Assembly (NCBI GenBank): GCA_963745075.1
Contig: CAVUWV010000028.1
Span: 64,001-128,000 of the forward strand
Reading direction: 5' to 3'
DNA length: 64,000 bases
Origin: Candidatus Hydrogenedentota bacterium
GTDB taxonomy: Bacteria > Hydrogenedentota > Hydrogenedentia > Hydrogenedentales > SLHB01
Shown: piece after piece, positions 33,742 through 43,239 of the stretch
Layout of the letters: each line of letters opens with the position of its first letter
Position numbering within the stretch: position 1 is the first letter of the stretch
Notes under the pieces: generated by a model
The model's input: only the letters and a program-made list of their open reading frames with translations
The model's database searches: none
What the model was told of the DNA's origin: nothing
Made by a program: the position numbers and the translations under genes

Positions 33742-35454
33742 ATGAGGAAAAGTTCTTTGAAGACCATTCTTTTCACGCATGTGATTGCGACATTTACATT
33801 GGTTGGCCTGTTCCCCATGCTCGTCCAAGCGGATGAACCCAAACGAGGTGTGCCCTCACCTGCACAGATTGCCTGGCATCAGATGGAGATCGAGATGTTC
33901 CTCGCGCTCGATCCCTGCACGTGGCAGGGGCGCGAGTATGACGATCACTCGACGCCGTTGTCGGAAATCAACCCATCGAAACTCGACACCGATCAGTGGT
34001 GCGAGGTCGCGCAGTCCTTTGGGGCGAAGCAGATCCTTTTTGTGGCCAAGCACACCGGCGGATTCTGCTGGTGGCAGACGGATACCTCTGACTACAGCAT
34101 CAAGAACACGCCCTATAAGGACGGCAAGGGCGACGTGTTGGCCGAATTGTCGGAAAGCTGCCGGAAGTATGGGTTGAAACTGGGGGTCTACATCTATCCC
34201 GGCGACGACCAGTGGGGAGCCGGAATCGGAAGCGGCGGTAAAACCAAGGACCCTGCGAAACAGGAAGCCTATAACCAGGTGTTGCGGCAACAGTGGACGG
34301 AAGTGCTGACGAAATACGGCGACGTGTCCGAGGTCTGGTTCGATGGAAGTTGCGTGATCGAAGTCGGCGACATTCTCGAACGGTATGCGCCGAACGCGAT
34401 GGTGTTTCAAGGTCCCCACGCCACGCTGCGCTGGCCGGGAAACGAGAAGGGCATCGCGCCCTATCCCACCTGGCAGACCGTGAAGCGTGCGGATGCGATG
34501 ACCGGAGTGTCGACGGGACTCCACAGCGATCCGGACGGGGACGTTTGGCTGCCGATGGAGATGGATACGCCGCTCCTGGATCATAAGTGGTTCTGGGCGC
34601 CGGACACCGATCCCATGATGAAGCCGGTGGACCAGTTGATGGACATTTACTACCAATCCGTAGGCCGGGGGTGCGTATTGCTTCTAAACGCCACGCCGGA
34701 TACGACCGGCCTCATTCCCGAATCACACGTCAAGCGATACGCTGAATTCGGTGCCGCTATCCAACGGATCTACGAGCACAAGCAGGGGGAAACATCCGGG
34801 ACGCGCGATACGCTCGAATTACAGTTTGAATCCCCCACACCTGTGAATCATGTCGTCACGATGGAGGACATTCGGTATGGGCAGATTATTCGGGCCTATA
34901 CGCTCGAAGGGCGCTTCGATGGCGCGTGGAAGGTGCTGAATGAGGGAACTTCCGTCGGATACAAACGGATCGATGTTTTTGATACGGCTGTGGTGGATGC
35001 GCTCCGGCTTCATGTTACGAACGCGGTGGACGAGCCGAACATCGTCTCCTTTGCCGCGTACTGTGTGCCGGGAATGAATCGTGATAGCGCCGTCGTAGTA
35101 GACGATAGCACGTGGCAAGACATCGCGGGATGGAATGACATCGCGTTGACCGAGTCGTGGCAGACGGTCGACTTGGATCTGACGCAATACATATCCCGTC
35201 CCGGCCAGTATGAGGTTGCCCTGCGGAAGTCAGGGGGATCGTCTGATCTCGAAACGCGAAATGCGGTCATTGCGATTGCGGGCACGGATGCACCGCGACT
35301 GCTCAGGTCTCTCGATCGATCCAATGCGTGGGTCATCACTCGGTCGGATCAGGTGACTCCCGGCGCACAAGGGAGAACATCCCTACGGCTTGACGTGCGT
35401 ACCTTCGGCGGCACCGACTGGCACGGCGGGTTGTTCATTCGGGCAAGCAATTAA
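33742..35454 (+). CDS. Alpha-L-fucosidase (GH29) with C-terminal CBM32/F5-8-like domain
   Basis: AKHTGGFCWW, LTKYG, EVWFDG nucleophile, YYQSVGRGCVLLLN. Confidence 0.85.
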   Translation: MRKSSLKTILFTHVIATFTLVGLFPMLVQADEPKRGVPSPAQIAWHQMEIEMFLALDPCTWQGREYDDHSTPLSEINPSKLDTDQWCEVAQSFGAKQILFVAKHTGGFCWWQTDTSDYSIKNTPYKDGKGDVLAELSESCRKYGLKLGVYIYPGDDQWGAGIGSGGKTKDPAKQEAYNQVLRQQWTEVLTKYGDVSEVWFDGSCVIEVGDILERYAPNAMVFQGPHATLRWPGNEKGIAPYPTWQTVKRADAMTGVSTGLHSDPDGDVWLPMEMDTPLLDHKWFWAPDTDPMMKPVDQLMDIYYQSVGRGCVLLLNATPDTTGLIPESHVKRYAEFGAAIQRIYEHKQGETSGTRDTLELQFESPTPVNHVVTMEDIRYGQIIRAYTLEGRFDGAWKVLNEGTSVGYKRIDVFDTAVVDALRLHVTNAVDEPNIVSFAAYCVPGMNRDSAVVVDDSTWQDIAGWNDIALTESWQTVDLDLTQYISRPGQYEVALRKSGGSSDLETRNAVIAIAGTDAPRLLRSLDRSNAWVITRSDQVTPGAQGRTSLRLDVRTFGGTDWHGGLFIRASN

Positions 35455-35619
35455 CGGGCATCGACGCCTCGGCGCGATAAGTGCCTGAAACGCACGCGGA
35501 TCGCCGCCTCTTGCAAGATGCATCATCGGCACAACTTATGGCACACGCGCGCGATTCCCCTCGCTTTCCCCTCTCGCCGGTGATAGAATATACGTAATCC
35601 TGGTGGGGGATCAGGTGCA

Positions 35620-37722
35620 GTGAATACGCGAAAGCTCCATATAATCTACATCCTGCCGTCGCGGTACGACGATGACGGCTACGTACGCCGCTACTGGCGC
35701 GGCGTGTTGCCGTCGAATACCCTCGCCTGTCTGAAAAGTCTCACCCTCGACCTCGCGCGTTCCGGTGAATTGGGTCCGGACGTGGATGTGTCGGTCGAAA
35801 TCTACGACGAGACCGTGCAGCGGTTACCGCTTCGCCGGATCGTGCGTCGCCATCGTCGCGGTAAGGAGCAGGTCCTCGTTGGCTTTGCGGGCGTGCAGAG
35901 CAACCAGTTTCCGCGGGCGCGGGATATCGCGATCCAGCTTCGTGCGGAAGGCATACCGGTGATGATCGGCGGGTTCCACGTGAGCGGCATCTTGTCCATG
36001 TTCGACGAGCCTTCTCCCGAGTTGCAAGACGTCATGGACCGGGGCGTCACGCTCGTGCGGGGTGAAGCCGAGTCGCCGGGTGCGCTGGCGGGAATATTGC
36101 GCGACGCACTCAACGGCGAACTGAAACCGTTGTATGAAATCGTCCCGCCGCCGGACATCCGCGACGCCGCCGTGCCGCAGCCGGACAGCGACTACCTGCG
36201 GCGTTTCGTGTTTAAGAACATGGGCACGGTCGACACGAGCCGGGGCTGTCTGTTCAATTGTTCCTTCTGCACGATCATCAATGTGCAGGGGCGCACGATG
36301 CGCCATCGTTCCGCCGAAGCGATCCTGCGCAGCATCGAATCCAACTACGATCGCGGGATTAACATTTACTTCTTCACCGACGACAATCTTGCCCGCAGTC
36401 CAGTCTGGGAAGACGTGTTCGCGGGTCTTGCTCGCATGCGCGAGGCGGGGCGGCCGGTCCGGTTCATGATGCAGGTGGACACGCAAGCCTGGAAGATCCC
36501 CGGGTTCCTGGAACAGGCCAAAGCCGCGGGATGCTACCTCGTGTTCGTTGGGATGGAATCCATCAACCCCGCGAACCTCGCCGCCGTGGGCAAGCGACAG
36601 AACAAGGTGGGCGAATTCGGCGAGATGGTGGCGACGTGGCATGCGGCGGGAATCCTCGTGCATGTCGGCTACATTATCGGGTTCCCCTACGACACGGTGG
36701 AATCCGTGCGGCGCGACATCACCGTATTGAAGGACGAGATCAAAGTGGATGAGGCGTCGTTCTTTATGCTGACGCCGCTGCCGGGTTCGCGGGACCACCA
36801 TGACATGGTGGTTAACCACGTGCCGATCGACGCCGACCTCAACAATTTTGACAGCTTCCACGAGACGTTCCGGCACGGCAAACTCGCGCCGGGCGGTTGG
36901 TACGCCCTGTACCGCGAAGCCTGGGACGCGTTCTATGGCAAGGAACATCTCGTCGACGTTCTGTTGCGTATCCCGGCCGACAAGTACTGGCAGGTGTTCT
37001 GGTTGTTACTGTGGAATCGGTACGCGTCGCTCCAAGGGAGTCATCCCATGGTGACGGGGTGGGTGCGCCTCAAGGCGCGGAAGGACCGGCGTCCGGAATT
37101 CCCACGGGAGAGCGTGCCACGCTATGCCGTGCGGCGCGTGCAGGAGTGGTTCCAGTTCGGGCAACTGCTCGTGCAACTGTTCTACGAGTTCCAGGAAATC
37201 TGGCTGTTGACCCGGCAACAGGATGACCCACGCTGGAAGACGCTGGCCGAGTTGCGTGCGCGCTGGGCTCTGGCGCGGGCGCGCCTCGGTGAATTTGACG
37301 TGGCCGGACGGCGTGAGGCCGCGGTGGCGGAGTTGCGGGGCGTGTTGCAGAGCGCTTCGGAGCATTTGACCGCGCTCAGCGAACGGCGCAAGACGCTCAG
37401 TCATCGCGCGCGCCGGCGATTACGCAAGAAAGTTCAGGAAATCGATTCGTACATCCGGACCATCGACGTGCCCACGCCGACGTGGCAACAGGTGGTCCAA
37501 GCGGAACGGTACGTGGGCGAAAGCCTGCTTGCCGGATACGAAGAACTCGCCATCCGCTACGTGGCCCAGCGCCGCCGTTTCAACGCCTACCGGAGCGAGT
37601 GCTGGCAGCGGATTAAGTCCGGCCGGATCTTGACGCTGAACCTCTCCCCTATTCCGCGGCTGTTGTTGTTCGAGTTGTTCGTGGGACTGCGGTTCGGCGT
37701 GACCTTCCTCGGGCGGTTCTAG
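35620..37722 (+). CDS. Radical SAM protein, probably cobalamin-binding (class B-like), with helical C-terminal extension
   Basis: SRGCLFNCSFC (CX3CX2C), MIGGFHVSG, FFTDDN, GMESIN, LTPLPGS. Confidence 0.8.
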   Translation: MNTRKLHIIYILPSRYDDDGYVRRYWRGVLPSNTLACLKSLTLDLARSGELGPDVDVSVEIYDETVQRLPLRRIVRRHRRGKEQVLVGFAGVQSNQFPRARDIAIQLRAEGIPVMIGGFHVSGILSMFDEPSPELQDVMDRGVTLVRGEAESPGALAGILRDALNGELKPLYEIVPPPDIRDAAVPQPDSDYLRRFVFKNMGTVDTSRGCLFNCSFCTIINVQGRTMRHRSAEAILRSIESNYDRGINIYFFTDDNLARSPVWEDVFAGLARMREAGRPVRFMMQVDTQAWKIPGFLEQAKAAGCYLVFVGMESINPANLAAVGKRQNKVGEFGEMVATWHAAGILVHVGYIIGFPYDTVESVRRDITVLKDEIKVDEASFFMLTPLPGSRDHHDMVVNHVPIDADLNNFDSFHETFRHGKLAPGGWYALYREAWDAFYGKEHLVDVLLRIPADKYWQVFWLLLWNRYASLQGSHPMVTGWVRLKARKDRRPEFPRESVPRYAVRRVQEWFQFGQLLVQLFYEFQEIWLLTRQQDDPRWKTLAELRARWALARARLGEFDVAGRREAAVAELRGVLQSASEHLTALSERRKTLSHRARRRLRKKVQEIDSYIRTIDVPTPTWQQVVQAERYVGESLLAGYEELAIRYVAQRRRFNAYRSECWQRIKSGRILTLNLSPIPRLLLFELFVGLRFGVTFLGRF

Positions 37723-37855
37723 CCAAGACGCCACGCTGGTGCGTAGCGCTCTCAGTGGGTGCGTCCGCAGATGGCGCGGATCTACGCAGGTTGGGACAAG
37801 CACTCGCGATTGTCCTCATGTGACGGACTTTCAGTCAGTGGACGACGATCTCTGG

Positions 37856-38824
37856 TTATATGCCACCAAGGATTTGATCATGTACGGCCTTGGGGGGGGT
37901 AACGGAAAACTGCGGAAAGAAGAGTGAACTGGAGAAAACGACAACGCCAAAGAAAAATGCTTTGGCCCGCTGCATCACTGCCAATGAGTCTGCCATAACG
38001 TTCAAATCACCCCGCAATAAAGCAAGCATCGCGGCGAGGTGCGTCGCATGGATTCCTTGCGACGCGGGCTCCGGAAGACCGCTTAGCACAAGTGCTGCCG
38101 TATCGTAGTCCCCGTCGAAGAGGGCCGCTTCGGCCACCTTTAATTTCCGGCGCGCGAAGAAACACCAAAGGAGCAGCAGCGTGCCGATCAAGTACAGCGG
38201 AGCCATGACGGCAATGAGAAGATTCAAGAAGTAGTTTCCCCAATCCCCGACGGCGATGGGGATCAAAATACAAACCGGGATGACCAGGTTTGAGAGAAAC
38301 CTGACGCTTTCGGCGAAAGGTGTGTAGTACGCAAAACGAACCACCGAAGGGCTCGACGCGAAGTCGCTATCTTGGTACCGCCGGATTTGCTCGACAACAG
38401 CGTCGAAAGCCGCGCTCGAACCTTCCCGGTACGCAGCGTGTACCTGCCCGTGTGTTGTGTACGGGGTGAGGTAGAGGTGAACCCACCGCTCGCCGCGCCA
38501 CCACGAGAGAACGCAGGAAACCATGCGCCGCAAACCCGCCTTCACGCCCATCAGGATGAGTGTTCCCGCCACCAACAGGTGCATTACGTAGGACGCATGC
38601 AGGAACCATAGGCTGAGGCCGGAAGCGAGAATTGCGGCCGCGAACCCGATCAGAACGAACGCGCTCGTGAATGTTTCGACCCCGCTACCGCGCAGTTTGA
38701 CCCGGTCCAGCGGTGCGACAATCACTTCGATGCCCCACCACTTGCTGGTGCGGATGCAATACAGCAAACGCCCGCGCACTTCGAGGCGGGTGGTTCGGTC
38801 GCTGTCGATGCGCAGGTCGATCAT
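37856..38824 (-). CDS. Hypothetical membrane protein with C-terminal TPR-like helices
   Basis: Two pairs of hydrophobic helices; AEAALFDGDYDTAA TPR-like segment. Confidence 0.55.
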   Translation of the reverse strand: MIDLRIDSDRTTRLEVRGRLLYCIRTSKWWGIEVIVAPLDRVKLRGSGVETFTSAFVLIGFAAAILASGLSLWFLHASYVMHLLVAGTLILMGVKAGLRRMVSCVLSWWRGERWVHLYLTPYTTHGQVHAAYREGSSAAFDAVVEQIRRYQDSDFASSPSVVRFAYYTPFAESVRFLSNLVIPVCILIPIAVGDWGNYFLNLLIAVMAPLYLIGTLLLLWCFFARRKLKVAEAALFDGDYDTAALVLSGLPEPASQGIHATHLAAMLALLRGDLNVMADSLAVMQRAKAFFFGVVVFSSSLFFPQFSVTPPKAVHDQILGGI

Positions 38825-38926
38825 CGAAGAGAACCATTTTTACCGCGAAGGTCGCGAAGAGAACGGGTCGAGTGCACATACACTCCGTCGCGGAGTTCCA
38901 TGTGCGCGTACGGCGTGGGGTTGGCG

Positions 38927-39868
38927 CTAATGGTCGCCATGGCGGCTTTCCCAGAGGTTGTAGTCCATGATGCGGTGGTAGAGTGAAGGCTTATACAGTC
39001 CCGACGTGCGGTATACGATGACAATGTCCTCCGCGCATTCGAGGTCCCCCTGCATGAGCCGGGTAACGGTCATGAGGTAGTTGGCGTAGCGGAGCTTGGG
39101 TTTTGCGTCGAGAATGGATTGGTGGATGTTGGCCGCGCTTTCTGCATCGCCGGCCAGCAAGCACGAATGCGCGCGGTGAAGATCGCCGTTGAAGACCTCG
39201 CTTAGTCTTGGTGATAGCAGGAGTATGATCCCGGAGACTAGGAACGCGGCCAAGGCCCCGTACATCTCGGGATGATTCACGCCGTTCACCGCCAGTCGAT
39301 AGTGCATTGCAATCCCGACCAACAGCGTAAACATCACGGCAAACACGATGGAGACCGACCGTGGTAGGAGGATGTACGTCCGGGCCATCCGCTTCCCATC
39401 TCCTACGTCCGCCTTGAGGGCGGTCAGATGGTCGCAGAACGTCAGGACATCCGGGTTGTTCGCCTGGGTGTCGCTGAAGTACGTTCGGTTTAGGAAATCC
39501 GGCTGTTCGTCGGAAAGAAAGATGCCGAGTTTCCCCCGCCGCCATACCCGACTCAGCAGAATTGCAACCGGGACCGAAACCACGATGATTCCCGCGGTCC
39601 AATCTACTTTGCCCTTGACACTGCCGAACAGCCAGAAGACTATCTCCGGGAAGCACAGCACGCCGATCAGAACGATCGCTGCCAACCATGCGTTGGTGCA
39701 GGGCCGATGCGGAAGGCCGAAGAGTGTGGCGCGACCCACAATCACGTCGCGCACGGGCGCGACGGAAATCTGTGCCAACCACCCCTTCCAGACGCGCACG
39801 TTGATGAAAGCCAGTCCACCGGCGGCCATCCAGCGGTTGGGGCTGAGGTCGAGGCGTTGAACGTCCAT
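38927..39868 (-). CDS. Hypothetical membrane protein with C-terminal TPR-like helices
   Basis: Same layout as neighbour; AHSCLLAGDAESAA segment; GAGGA upstream of ATG. Confidence 0.6.
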   Translation of the reverse strand: MDVQRLDLSPNRWMAAGGLAFINVRVWKGWLAQISVAPVRDVIVGRATLFGLPHRPCTNAWLAAIVLIGVLCFPEIVFWLFGSVKGKVDWTAGIIVVSVPVAILLSRVWRRGKLGIFLSDEQPDFLNRTYFSDTQANNPDVLTFCDHLTALKADVGDGKRMARTYILLPRSVSIVFAVMFTLLVGIAMHYRLAVNGVNHPEMYGALAAFLVSGIILLLSPRLSEVFNGDLHRAHSCLLAGDAESAANIHQSILDAKPKLRYANYLMTVTRLMQGDLECAEDIVIVYRTSGLYKPSLYHRIMDYNLWESRHGDH

Positions 39869-39962
39869 CGTGGGCGGTCCTCATGGGTTGGACTCGCGGC
39901 AATAGGTTTATAGTAAGCCAAGTGCTGGGGAAAGGCAAGTTGATTGCGGAACAAAACTGAAG

Positions 39963-40097
39963 GGTGAAATGGGGCACGGGCGTCTCGCCCGTGGAGGGGA
40001 TGGAATGGGGCGGCGATCAGAGATGGACTATAAATCGGGTAGAAAGTAGGCGACTGAACAGATAATCACGGGCGGGACGCCCGTGCCCCATTTCACC
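39963..40097. repeat. REP doublet (31-bp inverted repeats, one mismatch)
   Basis: GGTGAAATGGGGCACGGGCGTCTCGCCCGTG at 39963-39993 and its reverse complement at 40067-40097. Confidence 0.8.
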
Positions 40098-40215
40098 ATT
40101 TCCCGAACCTCCGATTTCATCTCACGCTTGTCCGAATTCCTCGATCGGTCTTCTCTTGATCCATCGGCGGGCAGTCGCCATACTTCGAGGATCCATTTCA
40201 GGAAGGAGAACGGCA

Positions 40216-41226
40216 ATGAAATCGATGATTCGCATGATGTGCGGTGTAGCGGTGTTGATGGCGGCGGGGACGGCGTTGGCGCAGGACCCGGGGCCGTTTA
40301 TCGGGCGGTGGGCCCTGACGATTCCGGGCGGCGGCGCGGGTTGGCTGGGTGTCACGCAGGAAGACGGCTACCTCGACGGGAGCATCCTGTGGGGCGGCGG
40401 CAGTGTGGTCCCGGTGGCGAGCGTGTACGTGGACGGCAACACCCTGTACGTGACGCGGGAGAACAACGTCGAGCGGAAGGACGCGGCGGGCAAGGTGGTA
40501 CGCACGCAGACGTTTACCGAGACCATCACGGCGACGGTGGACGGCGATAGCATTTCCCTGACCCAAAGCAAGCCCAACCAGAACGGGCTGGGCGTGAGCA
40601 CGGCGGACTTCGCAGGGAAACGAATCCCTCCCCTGCCGCCCGCGCCGGATCTGTCGCAGGTGAAGTATGGCGAACCCATTGTCCTGTTCGACGGCACAGA
40701 TCTCGACGGTTGGACGTTGACGAATCCAGATCAGGTGAACGGTTGGAGCGTAAAAGACGGCGTTCTCGTCAACGATCCGGTGCAGCAGGAAGGCAAGCCG
40801 CACATCTCGTACGGCAACCTGCGGACGAAGGACGTGTTCGAGGATTTCAATTTGAAACTCGAAGTCAACGTGCCGAAGAAGGGCAACAGCGGGATCTATC
40901 TGCGCGGTATTTACGAAGTGCAGGTGGAGGACAGCTACGGCGAGGAGCTCGACCCGCATCACATGGGCGGCATCTACAGTCGTTTGACGCCCCTGGTGAC
41001 GGCGGAGAAGCCGGCCGGTGAGTGGCAGACCTATGACATCACGTTGTGCAAGCGGCACGTCACGGTGAAGCTGAACGGCAAGCTGATCCAGGACAATGCG
41101 CCGCTGCTGGGCTGCACGGGCGGCGCGTTGTGGTCGGACGAGTTCAAGCCCGGCCCGATTTATCTCCAGGGCGACCACACGGGCGTGGAGTACCGGAATA
41201 TCGTGCTGACGCCGATTATCGATTAG
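40216..41226 (+). CDS. DUF1080 (3-keto-disaccharide hydrolase family) secreted protein
   Basis: Signal peptide ALA/Q; LFDGTDLDGW, GNSGIYLRG, YEVQ, GPIYLQGDH, EYRNI; AAGGAG RBS. Confidence 0.88.
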   Translation: MKSMIRMMCGVAVLMAAGTALAQDPGPFIGRWALTIPGGGAGWLGVTQEDGYLDGSILWGGGSVVPVASVYVDGNTLYVTRENNVERKDAAGKVVRTQTFTETITATVDGDSISLTQSKPNQNGLGVSTADFAGKRIPPLPPAPDLSQVKYGEPIVLFDGTDLDGWTLTNPDQVNGWSVKDGVLVNDPVQQEGKPHISYGNLRTKDVFEDFNLKLEVNVPKKGNSGIYLRGIYEVQVEDSYGEELDPHHMGGIYSRLTPLVTAEKPAGEWQTYDITLCKRHVTVKLNGKLIQDNAPLLGCTGGALWSDEFKPGPIYLQGDHTGVEYRNIVLTPIID

Positions 41227-41247
41227 GCAACTTTCGAGAAGAAGAGA

Positions 41248-41336
41248 CCCATGTAGCGCAGGCGTCTCGCCTGCATCTTAGCGCTCGTATTCTGAAAAGC
41301 TCGGAAGATGCAGGCGAGACGCCTGCGCTACATGGG
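41248..41336. repeat. GTAG-type REP doublet (perfect 32-bp inverted repeats)
   Basis: CCCATGTAGCGCAGGCGTCTCGCCTGCATCTT at 41248-41279 and its reverse complement at 41305-41336. Confidence 0.85.
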
Positions 41337-41419
41337 CTTCATGCTATACTGGCTTTGACGCGAAAAACGTCACGGTTATCGGGGGATAGCCGAAGCTTTC
41401 GTCATGGGGGATCGTTTCG

Positions 41420-42997
41420 ATGCACACGCACACCACGCCGCTGGGTTCACCGGGGGGATTGACAAACGGGAGGATGCTGGCGCTGGTCGCGTTACGCGTA
41501 CTGATTGGCTGGCATTTCCTGTACGAGGGGCTGGTTAAGTTTTATGCGCCGGACTGGACCTCGGCGGGGTATCTATCGAGTTCGCGCTGGCTCCTGGCAG
41601 ACACGTTCCACTCGATCGCGAGCACGCCGCAGGCGTTGTCGGTGGTCGATTTCCTCAATATTTGGGGACTGATCCTGATTGGCCTCGGGTTGCTGCTCGG
41701 TGGTTTTTCGCGGCTCGCAGCGGTCTCAGGCGCGTTGCTGCTCGCGCTCTACTACATCGCGCACCCGCCCTTCGTCGGCGCAGACGTGGGTATGCCGATC
41801 GAAGGCAGCTATCTCATCATCAACAAAACCCTCGTGGAAATGATCGCGCTGATTGCGTTGGCCGTGTTCCCCACGGGGAAATATCTCGGGCTGGACCGGT
41901 TCGTGGCGTATCTGCGGATCCGGCGGCATGCTGCCGACGATATTGCGATTGTTGACGATGTGCATCGGTCCGATGCGCCGCCGCTTAAGGCGCGGCGGGA
42001 ACTGCTCGCGAGCTTGGCCACGTTGCCGGTGGTCGGGGCCTTCGGGTACGCATTCGCAAACCGGCGGCAACCCACCAGCATCGACGCCATGACGGGCGCG
42101 ACGATTACGTTCGAGAATGAGACCCTCAAGGATTTGAAGGGTACCTTGCCGACAGGCCGGATCGGCGACCTGCGCATGACCCGCTTGATCCTGGGCAACA
42201 ACCTCATCGGGGGCTGGTCGCACTCCCGGGATCTCATCTACGTCTCCAAACTGTTCCGCGCATACAACACGGAACGGAAGGTATTTGAAACGCTGTGCAC
42301 GGCGGAGCGGGCCGGGATCGACACGTTTAACATCGTCAACGATCAGTTTCCGATCTTCCATCGATACCAGGAGGCCATGGGGAGCAAAATGCAGACCATG
42401 TGCCAGTGCTTCCCCGAAGTCGGCGACGTCCGCACGGACCTGGACAAGGCCATCGACAACGGTGTGACCACCATGTACGTGCAGGGCGGGCGATGCGACA
42501 GCCTTATCCGCGACAAGTATATCGACGTGGTGGCGGAAGCCGTCGAGTACGTGAAGAGCCAGGGCTACGTTGCCGGAATCGGGGCGCACTCGATTGAAGT
42601 GCCGATACTCTGCGAACAAGCAGGCCTCAATCCGGACTACTACATGAAGACCTGCCATCACGACCAGTATTGGTCCGCCATCCCGCGTGAAGAGCGTAAA
42701 GAATTCTGCATCGTCGCCCCCTTCGACGCGGACCACGATCAGTTCCACGACAACATGTGGGATCTCTTCCCCGAAAAGACCATCGAGTTCATGGAGACGG
42801 TGAAGAAACCGTGGGTCGGGTTCAAAGTCCTCGCGGGCGGCGCGATTCATCCCAAGGACGGGTTCAAGTACGCCTTCGAAAACGGCGCGGACTTCATCTG
42901 CGTGGGGATGTTCGATTACCAGATCGTCGAAGATGTGAACATCGCGTTGGATGCCCTGGCGGCAACGGAGACGCGGAAACGGCCGTGGTTGGCGTGA
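41420..42997 (+). CDS. DoxX/DoxD-family membrane domain fused to an aldo/keto-reductase-like domain
   Basis: LRVLIGWHFLYEGLVK...YLIINKTLVE (DoxX); internal RRELL plus hydrophobic helix; TRLILGNN...GIGAH...FKVLAGG (AKR-like). Confidence 0.8.
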   Translation: MHTHTTPLGSPGGLTNGRMLALVALRVLIGWHFLYEGLVKFYAPDWTSAGYLSSSRWLLADTFHSIASTPQALSVVDFLNIWGLILIGLGLLLGGFSRLAAVSGALLLALYYIAHPPFVGADVGMPIEGSYLIINKTLVEMIALIALAVFPTGKYLGLDRFVAYLRIRRHAADDIAIVDDVHRSDAPPLKARRELLASLATLPVVGAFGYAFANRRQPTSIDAMTGATITFENETLKDLKGTLPTGRIGDLRMTRLILGNNLIGGWSHSRDLIYVSKLFRAYNTERKVFETLCTAERAGIDTFNIVNDQFPIFHRYQEAMGSKMQTMCQCFPEVGDVRTDLDKAIDNGVTTMYVQGGRCDSLIRDKYIDVVAEAVEYVKSQGYVAGIGAHSIEVPILCEQAGLNPDYYMKTCHHDQYWSAIPREERKEFCIVAPFDADHDQFHDNMWDLFPEKTIEFMETVKKPWVGFKVLAGGAIHPKDGFKYAFENGADFICVGMFDYQIVEDVNIALDALAATETRKRPWLA

Positions 42998-43004
42998 GGG
43001 GGAA

Positions 43005-43163
43005 CTACATCGGGGTTAAATGTCGCAATTTGCTGATAGCCCCGAGGAAACCGAGCACCGCCACAAGTAGTAGCATCCCGATAATCAGGCAGCCGCTGAC
43101 ATCCACGGAGATGAGCGACCAGCTCTTGCGATCGGGTCGCCTTCGCCAAATCCACCAAGACAT
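43005..43163 (-). CDS. Small (52 aa) single-pass membrane protein
   Basis: GAGGAGG upstream of ATG; MSWWIWRRRPDRK followed by one TM helix. Confidence 0.5.
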   Translation of the reverse strand: MSWWIWRRRPDRKSWSLISVDVSGCLIIGMLLLVAVLGFLGAISKLRHLTPM

Positions 43164-43182
43164 GGGCGTGTGCCTCCTCGGA

Positions 43183-43218
43183 ATGGGACCTATACGACCT
43201 ATGGGACGTATGGGACCA
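43183..43218. repeat. 9-bp tandem repeat (ATGGGACCT-like) x4
   Basis: atgggacct atacgacct atgggacgt atgggacca. Confidence 0.6.
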
Positions 43219-43239
43219 TGAAACGGAGCAACGGTCGGG

